A DNA stretch of 64,000 bases. Source: a virus (taxonomy: Duplodnaviria; Caudoviricetes). Of this stretch, positions 1 to 10,340 are shown piece by piece. The number at the start of each line of letters is the position of its first letter. Positions within the stretch are counted from its first letter, which is position 1. Where the stretch lies: positions 18,258 through 82,257 of IMG/VR virus record IMGVR_UViG_3300037515_000879; one strand, written 5' to 3'. Below the pieces are notes generated by a model. The model had not been told where the DNA came from and did no database searches. It saw only the letters and a list, made by a program, of their open reading frames with translations. Position numbers and translations under genes: made by a program.

Positions 1-198
1 CATTTTGCCTTTTTGAATACCTTGGTTTACACGTCCAGAATAATACATAAAGGACTGAAATTTGTTATATTTCTTAAATAAATCAAAGGTTTTTCTTGCC
101 ACTCTAAAGTCTTTTTTCATCAACGTAGTCAATGAATTGGCTTCTGTGTGTATTTGAGGGTTGAATCTGTCTTGTGGCCCTCGAAGTAAAACTCCCAT
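1..198 (-). CDS. Major capsid protein, N-terminal 66 aa (runs off window start)
   Basis: Open frame from ATG at 198 to the edge (MGVLLRGPQDRFNPQIHTEANSLTTLMKKDF...). Position after terminase-portal-acidic protein matches crAss-like capsid operon order; TExNxL resembles the crAss MCP N-terminus. Confidence 0.6.
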   Translation of the reverse strand, partial: MGVLLRGPQDRFNPQIHTEANSLTTLMKKDFRVARKTFDLFKKYNKFQSFMYYSGRVNQGIQKGKM

Positions 199-305
199 AA
201 TTGTTAAAGTTTTTTAAATTAATAAATCATTTTTTTTGACTTTAACACTAATGGCCATTGGCTCGTGGTTAAAGGCAGATTTGAAGCATTTTTTAAGGCT
301 TTGCC

Positions 306-1406
306 TTATTTATTTTCTTCTTTTGGTTTTTCATATAAAACACTGTCAATAAGACCCATTTGAGATTTATCCTTGTTGCCCATGGTACCGCGTTTCTGCG
401 CACCAGCGATAGGATTCTTTTTGTTACCTTTTTTGAATTCGTCGATAACAGCTTTCATTCCATCGTTATATGTTAATCCCGTGGACTTTTTAAAGATTTG
501 CTCTTTAAACTCGTTCATAAGGGCTAATTCGGCAATCAATTTTCTATCGTTGCTTAAACTCTCAATGAATTTTCCAGAAGCTACTTTTTTGTAAGCTTCC
601 ATTATTTTTTCTTTTGTGGGTTGTACCCCATAAAAATTTTCGTTTGCATGTAATGCCAAAAATTCTTTTTGGACTTCATCCTTAAAGGATTTTATTTCAG
701 CTTCCTTTCTTTGTTGTTGAACTGTTGAAATGGAAGTTTTCTTATCCTTTGCTTTTTGAAGAACATCTGTAAGGGTTCTTCTCAAATCCCTGGCTTCATA
801 CTTCAAGATGTTATTGTCAATAAGCTCTTGAAGGTCATCTTCAATTTTTTGCGCAACATCTGGATCGTTTAAATCTTTTCCTTCCTGTATTGCAATAGCA
901 TTGAATTGTTTTCTCATTAACGTTTCGTCATTGACAAGATATTTTCCTTCTGGGCTTATAGCTAGCAAAGGCTCTAAAAGATTAATGCTATTTTCAACAG
1001 TTTCAAGTTCAACCTGTTCTTCGGAAACCTCTTTTTCTTTTTCCTTTGATTTTATAAAATCCTTTAGCTCTTCTTCTTTTTTAAAGTCGGTGTTGAATTT
1101 TTTATTGAACTTTTCAAGATCGATATCATTTTCATCGGTTTCTTTTTCAGCTTCATCAAATTTTAGGGAACCATCATCATCTTTATTATCATCTTCGACT
1201 TCTTTTTTTTCAGCAACCTCTTCTTCTTTTTTTTCAATTTCTTCATCTTCAAAATTTTTTGAGACAACGCCGTCAAAATCCTTGATATCTTCAAGATCTT
1301 CTTCTTCTTGATTATTTATAAAAGCTTCGCTATTGAACATATTTTCTGGAGAAAACGATTCAATGCCTTTTATTTCTTCTTCTTTTTTTTCTACTGTTTC
1401 TGGCAT
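306..1406 (-). CDS. Acidic scaffold-like head protein (366 aa)
   Basis: Very Glu/Asp/Lys-rich and coiled-coil-like; lies between portal and MCP; own promoter at 1429-1436. Confidence 0.55.
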   Translation of the reverse strand: MPETVEKKEEEIKGIESFSPENMFNSEAFINNQEEEDLEDIKDFDGVVSKNFEDEEIEKKEEEVAEKKEVEDDNKDDDGSLKFDEAEKETDENDIDLEKFNKKFNTDFKKEEELKDFIKSKEKEKEVSEEQVELETVENSINLLEPLLAISPEGKYLVNDETLMRKQFNAIAIQEGKDLNDPDVAQKIEDDLQELIDNNILKYEARDLRRTLTDVLQKAKDKKTSISTVQQQRKEAEIKSFKDEVQKEFLALHANENFYGVQPTKEKIMEAYKKVASGKFIESLSNDRKLIAELALMNEFKEQIFKKSTGLTYNDGMKAVIDEFKKGNKKNPIAGAQKRGTMGNKDKSQMGLIDSVLYEKPKEENK

Positions 1407-1428
1407 GATATTTAATTTAGATGTTAAA

Positions 1429-1436
1429 CAAATTTA
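1429..1436 (-). promoter_or_regulatory. Bacteroidota sigma70 -7 box (TAAATTTG)
   Basis: Exact TAnnTTTG 23 nt upstream of the 1406 start. The same box precedes genes at 10388, 11287, 12230, 13931, 17572, 24976, 48382 (minus) and 18144, 28863 (plus). Confidence 0.7.
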
Positions 1437-1448
1437 TAAAAAAAAATA

Positions 1449-3686
1449 TTATTCGGTTTTTTTGGCATTTTTATTGGAAATCTCTTGTTGTTTCACCGCA
1501 AGCTCTGCAGCTTTGATGCGTTCTGCCGAACTTGATTTTAGTGCATCGCCATAGCCTTTGCCCTTAACATAAATATTGGCAACATCAATTTCGGTTTCAT
1601 TGCCCTCTCTCGATTTAAGAAGATCCAGTTCTTGTTTTTCGGCCTCTTGTTGCATTAACGCTTTTTGTTGTTCTTGCGCGGCTTTTATGGATTCTTGACG
1701 TATTTTTTCCATGGCATTAAGCATTTTTTGGAATACTTTTTTCTTTTCGGAAGCGGTTTCTTTGTCAAATATATCAATAAGACCCATAATCATTTCCGGA
1801 GTATTGGCATTTCCAAGAGCTAGTTCTGCAGCTCGGTCAATTCTATCTGAAGCTTCTTTATCTTTTTTGGCATCGGAAAGATACATTCCATAATCGGCCA
1901 AAAAAAAGTCGTCAAACAATTTAAGGAATTTTGTTTTCATTTCCCCAAATATGTAATGAATGACCTCTCCTTTTTCATAATCATGTTTTCCCTTTAAAAG
2001 AACTTTTTCCAAAAGAGATTGGACAAATTCATCAAAGGGAGTAAAGATAACTTCTGTTCTGGCAAAGCTTCCCCTTATTGCTTTATCTGTTCCAGTGGCA
2101 GTTTGATATTGATTGACATCACCTTGTCTTTCTGGAGATATACCAACAAATTTATCTGCCAAATTTTCAATAATGGCAAGACCATTGAACAAATCTTGAA
2201 CAACTCCATTTTGTGAAAGATCTAATGAAGTGAATTGGTTGAATGATGAATTCATTCCTTTTTGTTTGGAATTGATAACTATCAATTTATCTTTTTTAAT
2301 ATGATGCATAACCCTATTCAACCCATTTTGAAATGATGACTTTGTAAATTGTTTTGGTGTTTGGGCTGCATCATATACAAGAACACGACTGTCTCCAGCA
2401 GATTTAAGGGCCAACCGAATTTCAAACAAAACTTCTGAAGCCATAGATTGCAATTGATAAAGTTTTGCTGCAACAGATTTTATAAGCGATGTTCCAATGG
2501 TATTGTCGCGAACAATACTAACAACAGGAAGCATACAGGAAAACTGATCATCAACAGAAGAATATCTAGGTTCCATCAATCCATAATCAAGGCAAATATC
2601 AGGACCAAGCATAACAACAAATCTTGGCATTTCGCCATCTATGTACTCAATGCTTTCTTTTTCTTTTTCTTCATAATCAGGATCTAGTTTTTTATAATGA
2701 GTGTTGTTGTATTTGTCTTCACTGATTTTTATTTTTATACGCTTTCTGGATTTCCACATGGCGTTGATAAGTCTTAATCTACCAACTTTATTACTGGTTT
2801 GAAACCATCCATTATATTTTTGGGAGAAATTGAGCTCTCCACTTTCATAAGTGGATGTATCAACAGACCAATTGGCAAAATTTTCAAAAAATTTCTTGAC
2901 CTTTGCTTTATCTTCAGCTTTTAAATTTGGAAATATATTATAGATTTCATTTTCTGTAAGATAATAGTTTTCGAAAAAATATTCATGGTCATCCTGAACA
3001 ATTTTATACGGATCGATGTCATGGTCGCAATCCAATGGATGTACTTTTCTTGATGTCGTAAAACCTTGTGATTTATCAAGAATGACATGTGCTCTGTCTG
3101 AAACACAATAATCGATAAACATTTGTTTCAGTTTTTGTTTTTCTTTTCTGACATCAAGGAAAATATTTATAAGACCATCGGCAACTTCTTCCGCTATGAG
3201 TTTAAAATCGTGCTCTTCAACATTTTCTGGAATTTGTAAATCTGGATTTTCGGTTTGTGGAGCAAAACCAATATTCGATTTGATTTCCTCAACCATTTCT
3301 CTAGCGAATTGTTCAGAAAGAACCTTTATTTTTTGATTGAATTTTTTATTTTTTGAATTTTTATCTATAACATATGCCTTTCTTTTCAATGGACGAGATA
3401 TAAACTCTCCAACAATTTGTTCAATCTTTGTCTGGATAAGCGGATAAACTATATATTCCTGACCCAAAGAAATACCATGAGGACATGTAATGGTTTTTGT
3501 AAGACCAAGTTCTTCTTCGGAAAGTTCTGCATTATAAGCCCTATAAAGCTTCAATATTTCCTTTCTTTGGTCATTGTAACTTGATGTTATTGAAAATGTG
3601 GCATATTCAAGAGCGTGTGCAATGTGCCAATCTTTGTCTTTTTTGTTTTCAGGTATCGTTTGATCAGGTAGGGATAAGAGGCTCAT
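1449..3686 (-). CDS. Portal protein (745 aa)
   Basis: Directly downstream of TerL; size, N-terminal IPE..KDKDW..A..Y pattern and C-terminal coiled coil fit crAss-like portals. Confidence 0.8.
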   Translation of the reverse strand: MSLLSLPDQTIPENKKDKDWHIAHALEYATFSITSSYNDQRKEILKLYRAYNAELSEEELGLTKTITCPHGISLGQEYIVYPLIQTKIEQIVGEFISRPLKRKAYVIDKNSKNKKFNQKIKVLSEQFAREMVEEIKSNIGFAPQTENPDLQIPENVEEHDFKLIAEEVADGLINIFLDVRKEKQKLKQMFIDYCVSDRAHVILDKSQGFTTSRKVHPLDCDHDIDPYKIVQDDHEYFFENYYLTENEIYNIFPNLKAEDKAKVKKFFENFANWSVDTSTYESGELNFSQKYNGWFQTSNKVGRLRLINAMWKSRKRIKIKISEDKYNNTHYKKLDPDYEEKEKESIEYIDGEMPRFVVMLGPDICLDYGLMEPRYSSVDDQFSCMLPVVSIVRDNTIGTSLIKSVAAKLYQLQSMASEVLFEIRLALKSAGDSRVLVYDAAQTPKQFTKSSFQNGLNRVMHHIKKDKLIVINSKQKGMNSSFNQFTSLDLSQNGVVQDLFNGLAIIENLADKFVGISPERQGDVNQYQTATGTDKAIRGSFARTEVIFTPFDEFVQSLLEKVLLKGKHDYEKGEVIHYIFGEMKTKFLKLFDDFFLADYGMYLSDAKKDKEASDRIDRAAELALGNANTPEMIMGLIDIFDKETASEKKKVFQKMLNAMEKIRQESIKAAQEQQKALMQQEAEKQELDLLKSREGNETEIDVANIYVKGKGYGDALKSSSAERIKAAELAVKQQEISNKNAKKTE

Positions 3687-3710
3687 CTTATATATTTTTT
3701 ATAAAAGTAA

Positions 3711-5894
3711 TTAATTTTCTTCTAATCTTCGCTTATGTTCTTCAATGGTAAATGCCATGATATCATTTGAATATCTTGAGAGAACTTCCTTTCTGCGTTC
3801 TTCAATGTTTTTTTTCTGCTGTATTTTAGCTTGTTGATATTCCTCTTTTTCATCACCAACCAAATCAAATTCTGGATCGAACGCTCTAATATTGTGAATA
3901 CTGAAAGGATCTTTTTTTTCATCATTCAATTCTCCATAAGTTTTAAAAACAGCCTCTCCATTGACTATATCATAGAACCCCATTCCATCAATGATATCAT
4001 TGTTTTCCGGATGGTCTTCGATTCCTTCAGACATTTCACTGAACATATCCAATTTTGACACCATAACCATTCCAAGTGCAGAACCTAAATCTGAATTGGA
4101 TTCTCCATAATCGATAAGATGTTCCAAAATTTCAGGAAACCAATAATTTGCAAAATTAAGATTTACTTCTGATTTTAAAAGCCTTAATGTCAATTGCCAC
4201 GCATGTTGATTTGACATTTTAAAACCATATAGATTTTTTGCTTTTGAATTGTAAAGAGTTCCATCAAGGTTTGGACGGGCTTTTAAATATTGATGGCCTC
4301 CAACATCCTTGAAATAATTGATAATGGCAATTTTGGTATATTCAACCAAAAGTTCAATATTGTAATATACTGATAATCTAAATGTTTGTGAATAAAAATC
4401 ATCATCACTATCAGCAGTTCCCCTGTCTAGAATATATGCTATTGGTAAATCACAAGGCTTATTGATTCCATAGAAACAACGATAAATTATTGTGGCACCA
4501 TTTGAGGACCCCTCCCCCGGATCATCTTCATCATAACTGTCATTTCCACCAATATCCGGATGATAAGGATAATTTATGTTCTTTATTGGATCTAAAATTT
4601 TACGTATTGTTCCAAGTTCTTCATCATCAACCCAAACCAATTTTGATTCTCTTGCCAAATGTATTTTATCAATTTCCTTTAGATTTCTAGCAACGGCAAC
4701 AAGTTGTTTTGTCTTTGGATCTTTTGTTGACCATTCCAATTTTCCAATTTTTCTTTGAAACGGACAATTTTCCTGATTATGAAGTTGTGCATTTAGTTTT
4801 TTACGATTAAGAAGTCCACCTTTATTTTTTATAAAAATATCAGATTCTTTTAATGGATACTGTTGAATGTGTTTGACATAACCTTCAGTTCCGTCTTTTG
4901 TCTTTCTTTCTTCAAGAATATATTTAAGCGCGGCTTGTGAATCTGTTCTTCCTGTCCTAAAATCAAAAAACGAAACAACTTTTCCTGTTTTTTCATCTGG
5001 AATACCATCACCTGGATAATAATCGGTTGCAAGAACCAATATTTTTTTGAGATTATATACATTGCGTTTGGCCTGATACATGCTCATATAGCCCTTGGAT
5101 CCTTTTTCGATATCACCTCCGGTACCATAGACAATGGGCGTTCCAAATTGATAAGACCCTTCTTTAAAACATGGTTCGGTGGATTTATATGCGGCAATAA
5201 GATCTTCAAAAAGACCGGCCTCCTCAAATATTGCAAGGCTTAAACTTTTTCCTTCAAACCCCGTAGGCTTGGCAAACATCGTTTTGATGTACATTTGGGA
5301 TTTAAGACCTTTAGGAACTTTTTGTTTGTTTACATAATCCCAATAACCAAGCTGAAATCTATCATCGTTTTTAAATAAGATCCCGGATCTATATTCCGGT
5401 CGCATATGGTCAAACAAATCTTTTACTTTTTCATAAAAATCTGTCGCTTTTTCCTCAAGACCGGCAGCAATGCCAACTTCAGAATCCCTAAAGAACAAAA
5501 GTTCATATCCCATACATGTCGATCCAACATAGGAAAGTCCAACACGTCTTGGTTTTCCGACAATAAGTCCATAATAATTTTTCCTTGCATCTGTTATTTC
5601 ATCATATAAACGACGATCAAGTTCTCTGTAAAATGGATATTCAAATGTTTTGTTGGTGGCACCTTTGCGAAGAAGTTTAATCTTGCACATATTGAGATAG
5701 AAATAGTGCCTACCGGATATTTTTGGCATAAAGGAATTTGGTTTGAAACCATTTAGGCATCTGTCGTCCTGTTTATCCCAATAATCATCATAGGATATTG
5801 TTCCGGGTTTAAAATCGGGAATTTCTTCAACAACTAACGGTCGATAATATTCGCTGTTAAATTTGTTCCAGTCAATTGTTACTTTCATTGTCAA
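3711..5894 (-). CDS. terL: Terminase large subunit (727 aa)
   Basis: Walker A-like GKPRRVGLSY, Walker B AIFEEAG, motif III YGTGG, and RNase H-like nuclease acidic residues (GGNDSYD, DLGSALG). Confidence 0.9.
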   Translation of the reverse strand: MTMKVTIDWNKFNSEYYRPLVVEEIPDFKPGTISYDDYWDKQDDRCLNGFKPNSFMPKISGRHYFYLNMCKIKLLRKGATNKTFEYPFYRELDRRLYDEITDARKNYYGLIVGKPRRVGLSYVGSTCMGYELLFFRDSEVGIAAGLEEKATDFYEKVKDLFDHMRPEYRSGILFKNDDRFQLGYWDYVNKQKVPKGLKSQMYIKTMFAKPTGFEGKSLSLAIFEEAGLFEDLIAAYKSTEPCFKEGSYQFGTPIVYGTGGDIEKGSKGYMSMYQAKRNVYNLKKILVLATDYYPGDGIPDEKTGKVVSFFDFRTGRTDSQAALKYILEERKTKDGTEGYVKHIQQYPLKESDIFIKNKGGLLNRKKLNAQLHNQENCPFQRKIGKLEWSTKDPKTKQLVAVARNLKEIDKIHLARESKLVWVDDEELGTIRKILDPIKNINYPYHPDIGGNDSYDEDDPGEGSSNGATIIYRCFYGINKPCDLPIAYILDRGTADSDDDFYSQTFRLSVYYNIELLVEYTKIAIINYFKDVGGHQYLKARPNLDGTLYNSKAKNLYGFKMSNQHAWQLTLRLLKSEVNLNFANYWFPEILEHLIDYGESNSDLGSALGMVMVSKLDMFSEMSEGIEDHPENNDIIDGMGFYDIVNGEAVFKTYGELNDEKKDPFSIHNIRAFDPEFDLVGDEKEEYQQAKIQQKKNIEERRKEVLSRYSNDIMAFTIEEHKRRLEEN

Positions 5895-5973
5895 TTGTTT
5901 AAAAGAAAGACATCGTTAGCATATAAATAATATATGGTTCACGATGCCTTTCAAGAAACAGAAGAAGTGCCTA

Positions 5974-6552
5974 TTATCTTATTTCGTGATAAAACGAACT
6001 CTTTTTCTCCAATTTCTGTTCTAACCTTGAAAGACTGTAACCGTTGACAACAGGGGATTCATGATAAATATCCTGGCCCTCAATTCGTTTTGTAAAAGCC
6101 TCAATGTCGTCATTGATGCTTCTCAAATCTTTTTTAAGCTGGGCCATTGTGATGTTTTTTCTTTTTTCATCATTGGAATCCAAGGTATCATACTCCTTTA
6201 TTTGCTGGAGTTTTCTAACCTTTTGGTCATAGTAGATTCGTTTCTCTTCAAGAGTTGGATCATATTGTAGGGCATCATATTTTTTTAAGGCAGATTGAAT
6301 CAATTCAGTGTTCCAATGCCATTTGTTTCTGTCTCCAATAACTTCTTCCTGTGCTTTTTTTGGACGGTCAATGTCATTGTAATATCGGATTGGAGATTGA
6401 TAATCGGCAACAAGTGCAACGGCTGTCAAGCAATAGATTCCATAATCTTCACTTTTCATAAGCTCTCTAAATTCCTTTATGGACAATATGCCATCATCCC
6501 CATCTTCAATGAGCAACAATCCTGTTTTTTTATCTATTCTGGTTAAATACAT
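5974..6552 (-). CDS. Hypothetical protein, possible terminase small subunit
   Basis: 192-aa helical protein immediately upstream of terL; call is positional only. Confidence 0.4.
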   Translation of the reverse strand: MYLTRIDKKTGLLLIEDGDDGILSIKEFRELMKSEDYGIYCLTAVALVADYQSPIRYYNDIDRPKKAQEEVIGDRNKWHWNTELIQSALKKYDALQYDPTLEEKRIYYDQKVRKLQQIKEYDTLDSNDEKRKNITMAQLKKDLRSINDDIEAFTKRIEGQDIYHESPVVNGYSLSRLEQKLEKKSSFYHEIR

Positions 6553-6581
6553 TGTGCTAATGTAATAAAAAAAAGAGGAAT

Positions 6582-6905
6582 TTAATTTTCCTCTTTTTTG
6601 TTGGACATTTTATATTTTTTTGCCAGTCGTTCCATTTGTCTTTCGCTTTTAAAAACCTGCCATTCCTTATTTATTTTTTTATAAATATCGGAATAGGATA
6701 AATTGGGATCTAGAAGTTTGTAGAACTCCCTTAAAAAACCAACTTTATAAATCAATTTTTCATGGTTGTTCTTTATATTGTTTGGAACATGGAATATCCA
6801 ATGATCCGTATCAATATTCAGCATATTTTTTTTAATATGCTCTGGAACATTGATCACCGCTTCTGTTGTATCTATAATATAACCAGTAAATTTATTTACT
6901 ATCAT
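6582..6905 (-). CDS. Hypothetical protein (107 aa)
   Basis: Packed co-directional ORF in the operon. Confidence 0.7.
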   Translation of the reverse strand: MIVNKFTGYIIDTTEAVINVPEHIKKNMLNIDTDHWIFHVPNNIKNNHEKLIYKVGFLREFYKLLDPNLSYSDIYKKINKEWQVFKSERQMERLAKKYKMSNKKEEN

Positions 6906-7293
6906 AACGTTTTTCGCTAGACGTTTTAAAACTCAAGACAGGTTTTTCCGTTTTTGAAAGACTCATTGTGGCATAGCGCTCAATTTCTTCTGTAAGGGAT
7001 TTTCCTATTTTTTCAAGATCGTGAAATGAAACAAGCTGTGGAATGGTTTTTTTTACACGGGCCTGAAGCTCTTTGTCAATCATCATTAATATTTCATTAT
7101 TGTGATTGATGTGTTTCTTCATAAGATCCATGGTTTCCATATAATATGTTGGCCCTATTTTTTTTTGATCCTTTGCTTTTTCAACATTTTCACAAAATTG
7201 TACCATTTCGGTACTTAGGTACTCGATGAACCTTTGGGTAAATTCCAAAGTTGTTGTGGCATGATTTTTAAAATCAATCTTCAGCTTTTCCAA
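6892..7293 (-). CDS. Hypothetical helical protein (133 aa)
   Basis: Overlaps both neighbours, as in a coupled operon. Confidence 0.7.
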   Translation of the reverse strand: MEKLKIDFKNHATTTLEFTQRFIEYLSTEMVQFCENVEKAKDQKKIGPTYYMETMDLMKKHINHNNEILMMIDKELQARVKKTIPQLVSFHDLEKIGKSLTEEIERYATMSLSKTEKPVLSFKTSSEKRYDSK

Positions 7294-7516
7294 TTTTTAA
7301 TGCTTTTTTCTTAGATTTAATCTCTTTATAAAAATAGCTTCCATAACTTTCAGCCATCATAAAACTTTCCCATTCTCGTAATGAAAACGGCGTATATTGC
7401 CAAATATCATTGTTATTAAACTTAATAAACAAGGCTTCTTCTTTTGAAACAAAGGCCACTGCGCTTATTTGTGAGCTTTTTTTCTTAATCCAAGGAATAT
7501 CATTGATATCTATCAT
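7274..7516 (-). CDS. KTSC domain protein
   Basis: SSQISAVAF...LFIKFNN..IWQY......W..FM.AESYGSYFYKEIK matches the KTSC consensus. Confidence 0.85.
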   Translation of the reverse strand: MIDINDIPWIKKKSSQISAVAFVSKEEALFIKFNNNDIWQYTPFSLREWESFMMAESYGSYFYKEIKSKKKALKIGKAED

Positions 7517-7519
7517 ATT

Positions 7520-9211
7520 TTAATAGTTTTGATTATAGTTTGGTTTTTCATAAACCTCTTTGTCAACAATGACACAATCCGTAGTCAATAGCATTCCAGC
7601 TATTGATGCAGCATTTTCAAGAGCAACACGGGTTACTTTTACTGGATCTATAATTCCGGAAGAAATCATATTTTCACAAAAACTACCATATCTTGCATCA
7701 ATACCACAATTTGGTGATAATTTTAATTTTTCAATAAGAGTGTTGGTTGTTTTGATTCCAACATTTTCCAATATCTGAACAAAAGGTGCTTTTATTGCTT
7801 CATAGATTACAGAAATACCAAGCTCAACAGAATGATTGTCAGAATATTTATCGAATCTCGGCCTATTTTCTGAAATATGATAAAGAGCCGTCCCACCACC
7901 CGGAATTATTCCTTCTTCTGAAGCTGACTTTACGGCATAAAGAGCGTCCTGGATCCGATGTTGCTTTTCTATAAAATCAACATCTGTGGATGCGCCAATA
8001 TTTATATATGCAAGCCCATCGGTCAATCTTGATATTCTGGTCTGTAAAATTGACTTTTCATATTGATTGATTTGGTCTGTGATTTTGCTTCTGATAAATT
8101 CAGCCCTATTCTGTTTTGCCTTTTCAATGGTCTGGTGTTCTTTCTCACTGATATCAATAGGCCCTTTTATGGAAAGATTGTTTCTTGTTACCATGACAGC
8201 TTCGCTTTTTGGAAAACAATTGAAAACTTCATCATAATCAACAGGCATTTCTTTTTCGTTCAAATTAAAAACAATATCATCAAAATCAATTCCTTCGTTT
8301 TCAAGAAAAGGTGTTTTTCCAAGCATTACGCCAAGATCCCTCAATAAATTGTTTTGTTCTTCTCCAAATTCAGGTGCTTTACAAACACATACTTTAAGAA
8401 CACCGTCAATTTTTGCCTGTACCAACGGACCAAGAACGGAATGATCGATATCCTTACAGATAATTAAAATGGACTGTTGTTTTGCAGAGCATGATTTTAA
8501 AAGAATATTGAAATTATCCGATACTTCTGAAAGTTTGGTATTGGTAATATAAATAATCGGTTTGTCCAGTTCAACAATATCGTTTCCATTATCGGTTATA
8601 AAATGTATGCTATGATATCCCGTTGGAAGATTCATGCCATATACTGTTGTGAGATAGGTTTCCTTTGTTTTTGAACGCTGAATGTTTACAGCACCTTGTT
8701 TTCCGGCAACCTTAAAGGCATCCAGTACAATACTTGAAATTTCAAAATCATTATTGGAAGATATCAATGCTACATTTAAAAGCTTTTCATCGGTATCACA
8801 TGGAACTGAAATTTCCTTAAGCTTTTCGACAATAAGCTTTACCCCGGCATCTATTCCTCTTTTTAAACTTAAAAGATTAATATCCTCTATTGAGGAAATG
8901 GAACCAAGCTCAAGTATTTTTTCTGCCAATATAGTTGCTGTTGTGGTTCCATCACCAGCTTGATTGTCCGAATTGTTTGCCACTTCCTGAATAGATTCAA
9001 TAGCCTGTTGCTCTATTGGATCAGCAGACCATACATGTGCAGCAACAGTAACTCCATCTTTTGTTGCAAAAGGAAACCGATCCCCCTTTTGCCTTATCAA
9101 TACATTTTTACCGCTTGGACCCAATGTTACCCTAACAGCCTTGGCTACAATTTGTGCGCCCCTTATTAGCCGTTCACGGGCATTATGATCATATTCTATA
9201 ATCTTTCCCAT
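7520..9211 (-). CDS. groEL: Phage-encoded chaperonin GroEL (563 aa)
   Basis: VRVTLGPSGKNV, TKDGVTVA, AGDGTTTAT, GIIPGGG and GIIDPVKVTRVALENAASIA; no GGM tail. Confidence 0.97.
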   Translation of the reverse strand: MGKIIEYDHNARERLIRGAQIVAKAVRVTLGPSGKNVLIRQKGDRFPFATKDGVTVAAHVWSADPIEQQAIESIQEVANNSDNQAGDGTTTATILAEKILELGSISSIEDINLLSLKRGIDAGVKLIVEKLKEISVPCDTDEKLLNVALISSNNDFEISSIVLDAFKVAGKQGAVNIQRSKTKETYLTTVYGMNLPTGYHSIHFITDNGNDIVELDKPIIYITNTKLSEVSDNFNILLKSCSAKQQSILIICKDIDHSVLGPLVQAKIDGVLKVCVCKAPEFGEEQNNLLRDLGVMLGKTPFLENEGIDFDDIVFNLNEKEMPVDYDEVFNCFPKSEAVMVTRNNLSIKGPIDISEKEHQTIEKAKQNRAEFIRSKITDQINQYEKSILQTRISRLTDGLAYINIGASTDVDFIEKQHRIQDALYAVKSASEEGIIPGGGTALYHISENRPRFDKYSDNHSVELGISVIYEAIKAPFVQILENVGIKTTNTLIEKLKLSPNCGIDARYGSFCENMISSGIIDPVKVTRVALENAASIAGMLLTTDCVIVDKEVYEKPNYNQNY

Positions 9212-10038
9212 TAATATCTATCTCTTAAAATTGCCAATTCATTCCCAAGCGCAAATCGGGCTTCACATGCATGTACATAAGATTGTGTCTTTGCTATAGA
9301 TGCAAGTCTCATGTCAGAAACCAATGAATCATGTATCTTATGGCTTTCAATATCATTTATTGATTTCTGAACCAATTCCCTGATGAACACAATTTTTTCA
9401 ACATCTGTTTTCAATCCAAAATCATAAAGCAACTTTTGAAGCCCTTCAGCAACATCTGCGGTTGGTGGAATCTGTCGTGCATTGGTAATCGGTTGTTTGG
9501 TCTTATATGGATTTTCGGTTCCATACTGTTCCAATAACTTACCAAGCCAGGCTTTTGCATTGAATAGAGAATTTCTGGTATTGCCTTTTGCTCCAACGGA
9601 TACATCAACAAATTTAATGATGCCATCAAATTTTACCCGTAATTCTTTTATAAAACTTACCGATTCATCCAAAAAATCAATTGTATTTATATTTTCTGAT
9701 AAATCAATCCCTTTTAAAGCTTCTCCTTTGTCTTTAATGGGCTGATCATCTTGATCTCCTTCATTTGGAATCTTGGTGCTTTCCAACAAATCAACATCCT
9801 GTATTTTGTCTGAATCGTTTTTTTTCTTAACAATATCTTCAATAGGCGTTCCTTTTGGAATGTCTTTTATATCAACGATATTGATTTTTTCAGCTTCTTT
9901 TAAATCATCCTCAACAGTAAAGGTATCCATGCTTTTTTCTGTTTCCAAAGTACCGGAATCAATCAACTGCTTGTTACCTGAATTGTCAATAATTTCCTTT
10001 TTTTGGCCTTCCGCTTGTTTCTTTTGTTTTTTTGTCAT
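9211..10038 (-). CDS. Hypothetical protein; acidic N-terminus plus two Acb2/Tad1-like helical hairpin motifs
   Basis: NSLFNAKAWLGKLLEQYGTENPY and SYVHACEARFALGNEL resemble the TKLQEAxMWLGxxL motif. Confidence 0.5.
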   Translation of the reverse strand: MTKKQKKQAEGQKKEIIDNSGNKQLIDSGTLETEKSMDTFTVEDDLKEAEKINIVDIKDIPKGTPIEDIVKKKNDSDKIQDVDLLESTKIPNEGDQDDQPIKDKGEALKGIDLSENINTIDFLDESVSFIKELRVKFDGIIKFVDVSVGAKGNTRNSLFNAKAWLGKLLEQYGTENPYKTKQPITNARQIPPTADVAEGLQKLLYDFGLKTDVEKIVFIRELVQKSINDIESHKIHDSLVSDMRLASIAKTQSYVHACEARFALGNELAILRDRY

Positions 10039-10055
10039 GATTAAAATATTTATAG

Positions 10056-10340
10056 TTAATAATTGTTTTTGTCTTGGTCAAAGCGTATCAATAGTTTCAT
10101 GCTTTCTGAAACCAAATGATAGGTACCAATATTTTTAAGGTTGATTTTTTCAGCCATATTGATGTGATAATAAATAACCTTTCCAAGTATTGAAGCATCA
10201 AGATCACAGCCTATATGCTCTATAACTCCAACTTCATAATTAAGATTTGATTGCGTTTTATAATCAATCTCTCCCTTTTTGTAGTAATTATTCAAGGGAT
10301 ATACCAACATATCCGTTGGATTTAAATGAATGCCATCCAT
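10056..10340 (-). CDS. groES: Divergent co-chaperonin GroES-like (94 aa)
   Basis: Size and LNP..MLV / GEI / GVIEHIG / GKVIYY / YHLVSES pattern follow GroES strands; near groEL. Confidence 0.65.
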   Translation of the reverse strand: MDGIHLNPTDMLVYPLNNYYKKGEIDYKTQSNLNYEVGVIEHIGCDLDASILGKVIYYHINMAEKINLKNIGTYHLVSESMKLLIRFDQDKNNY

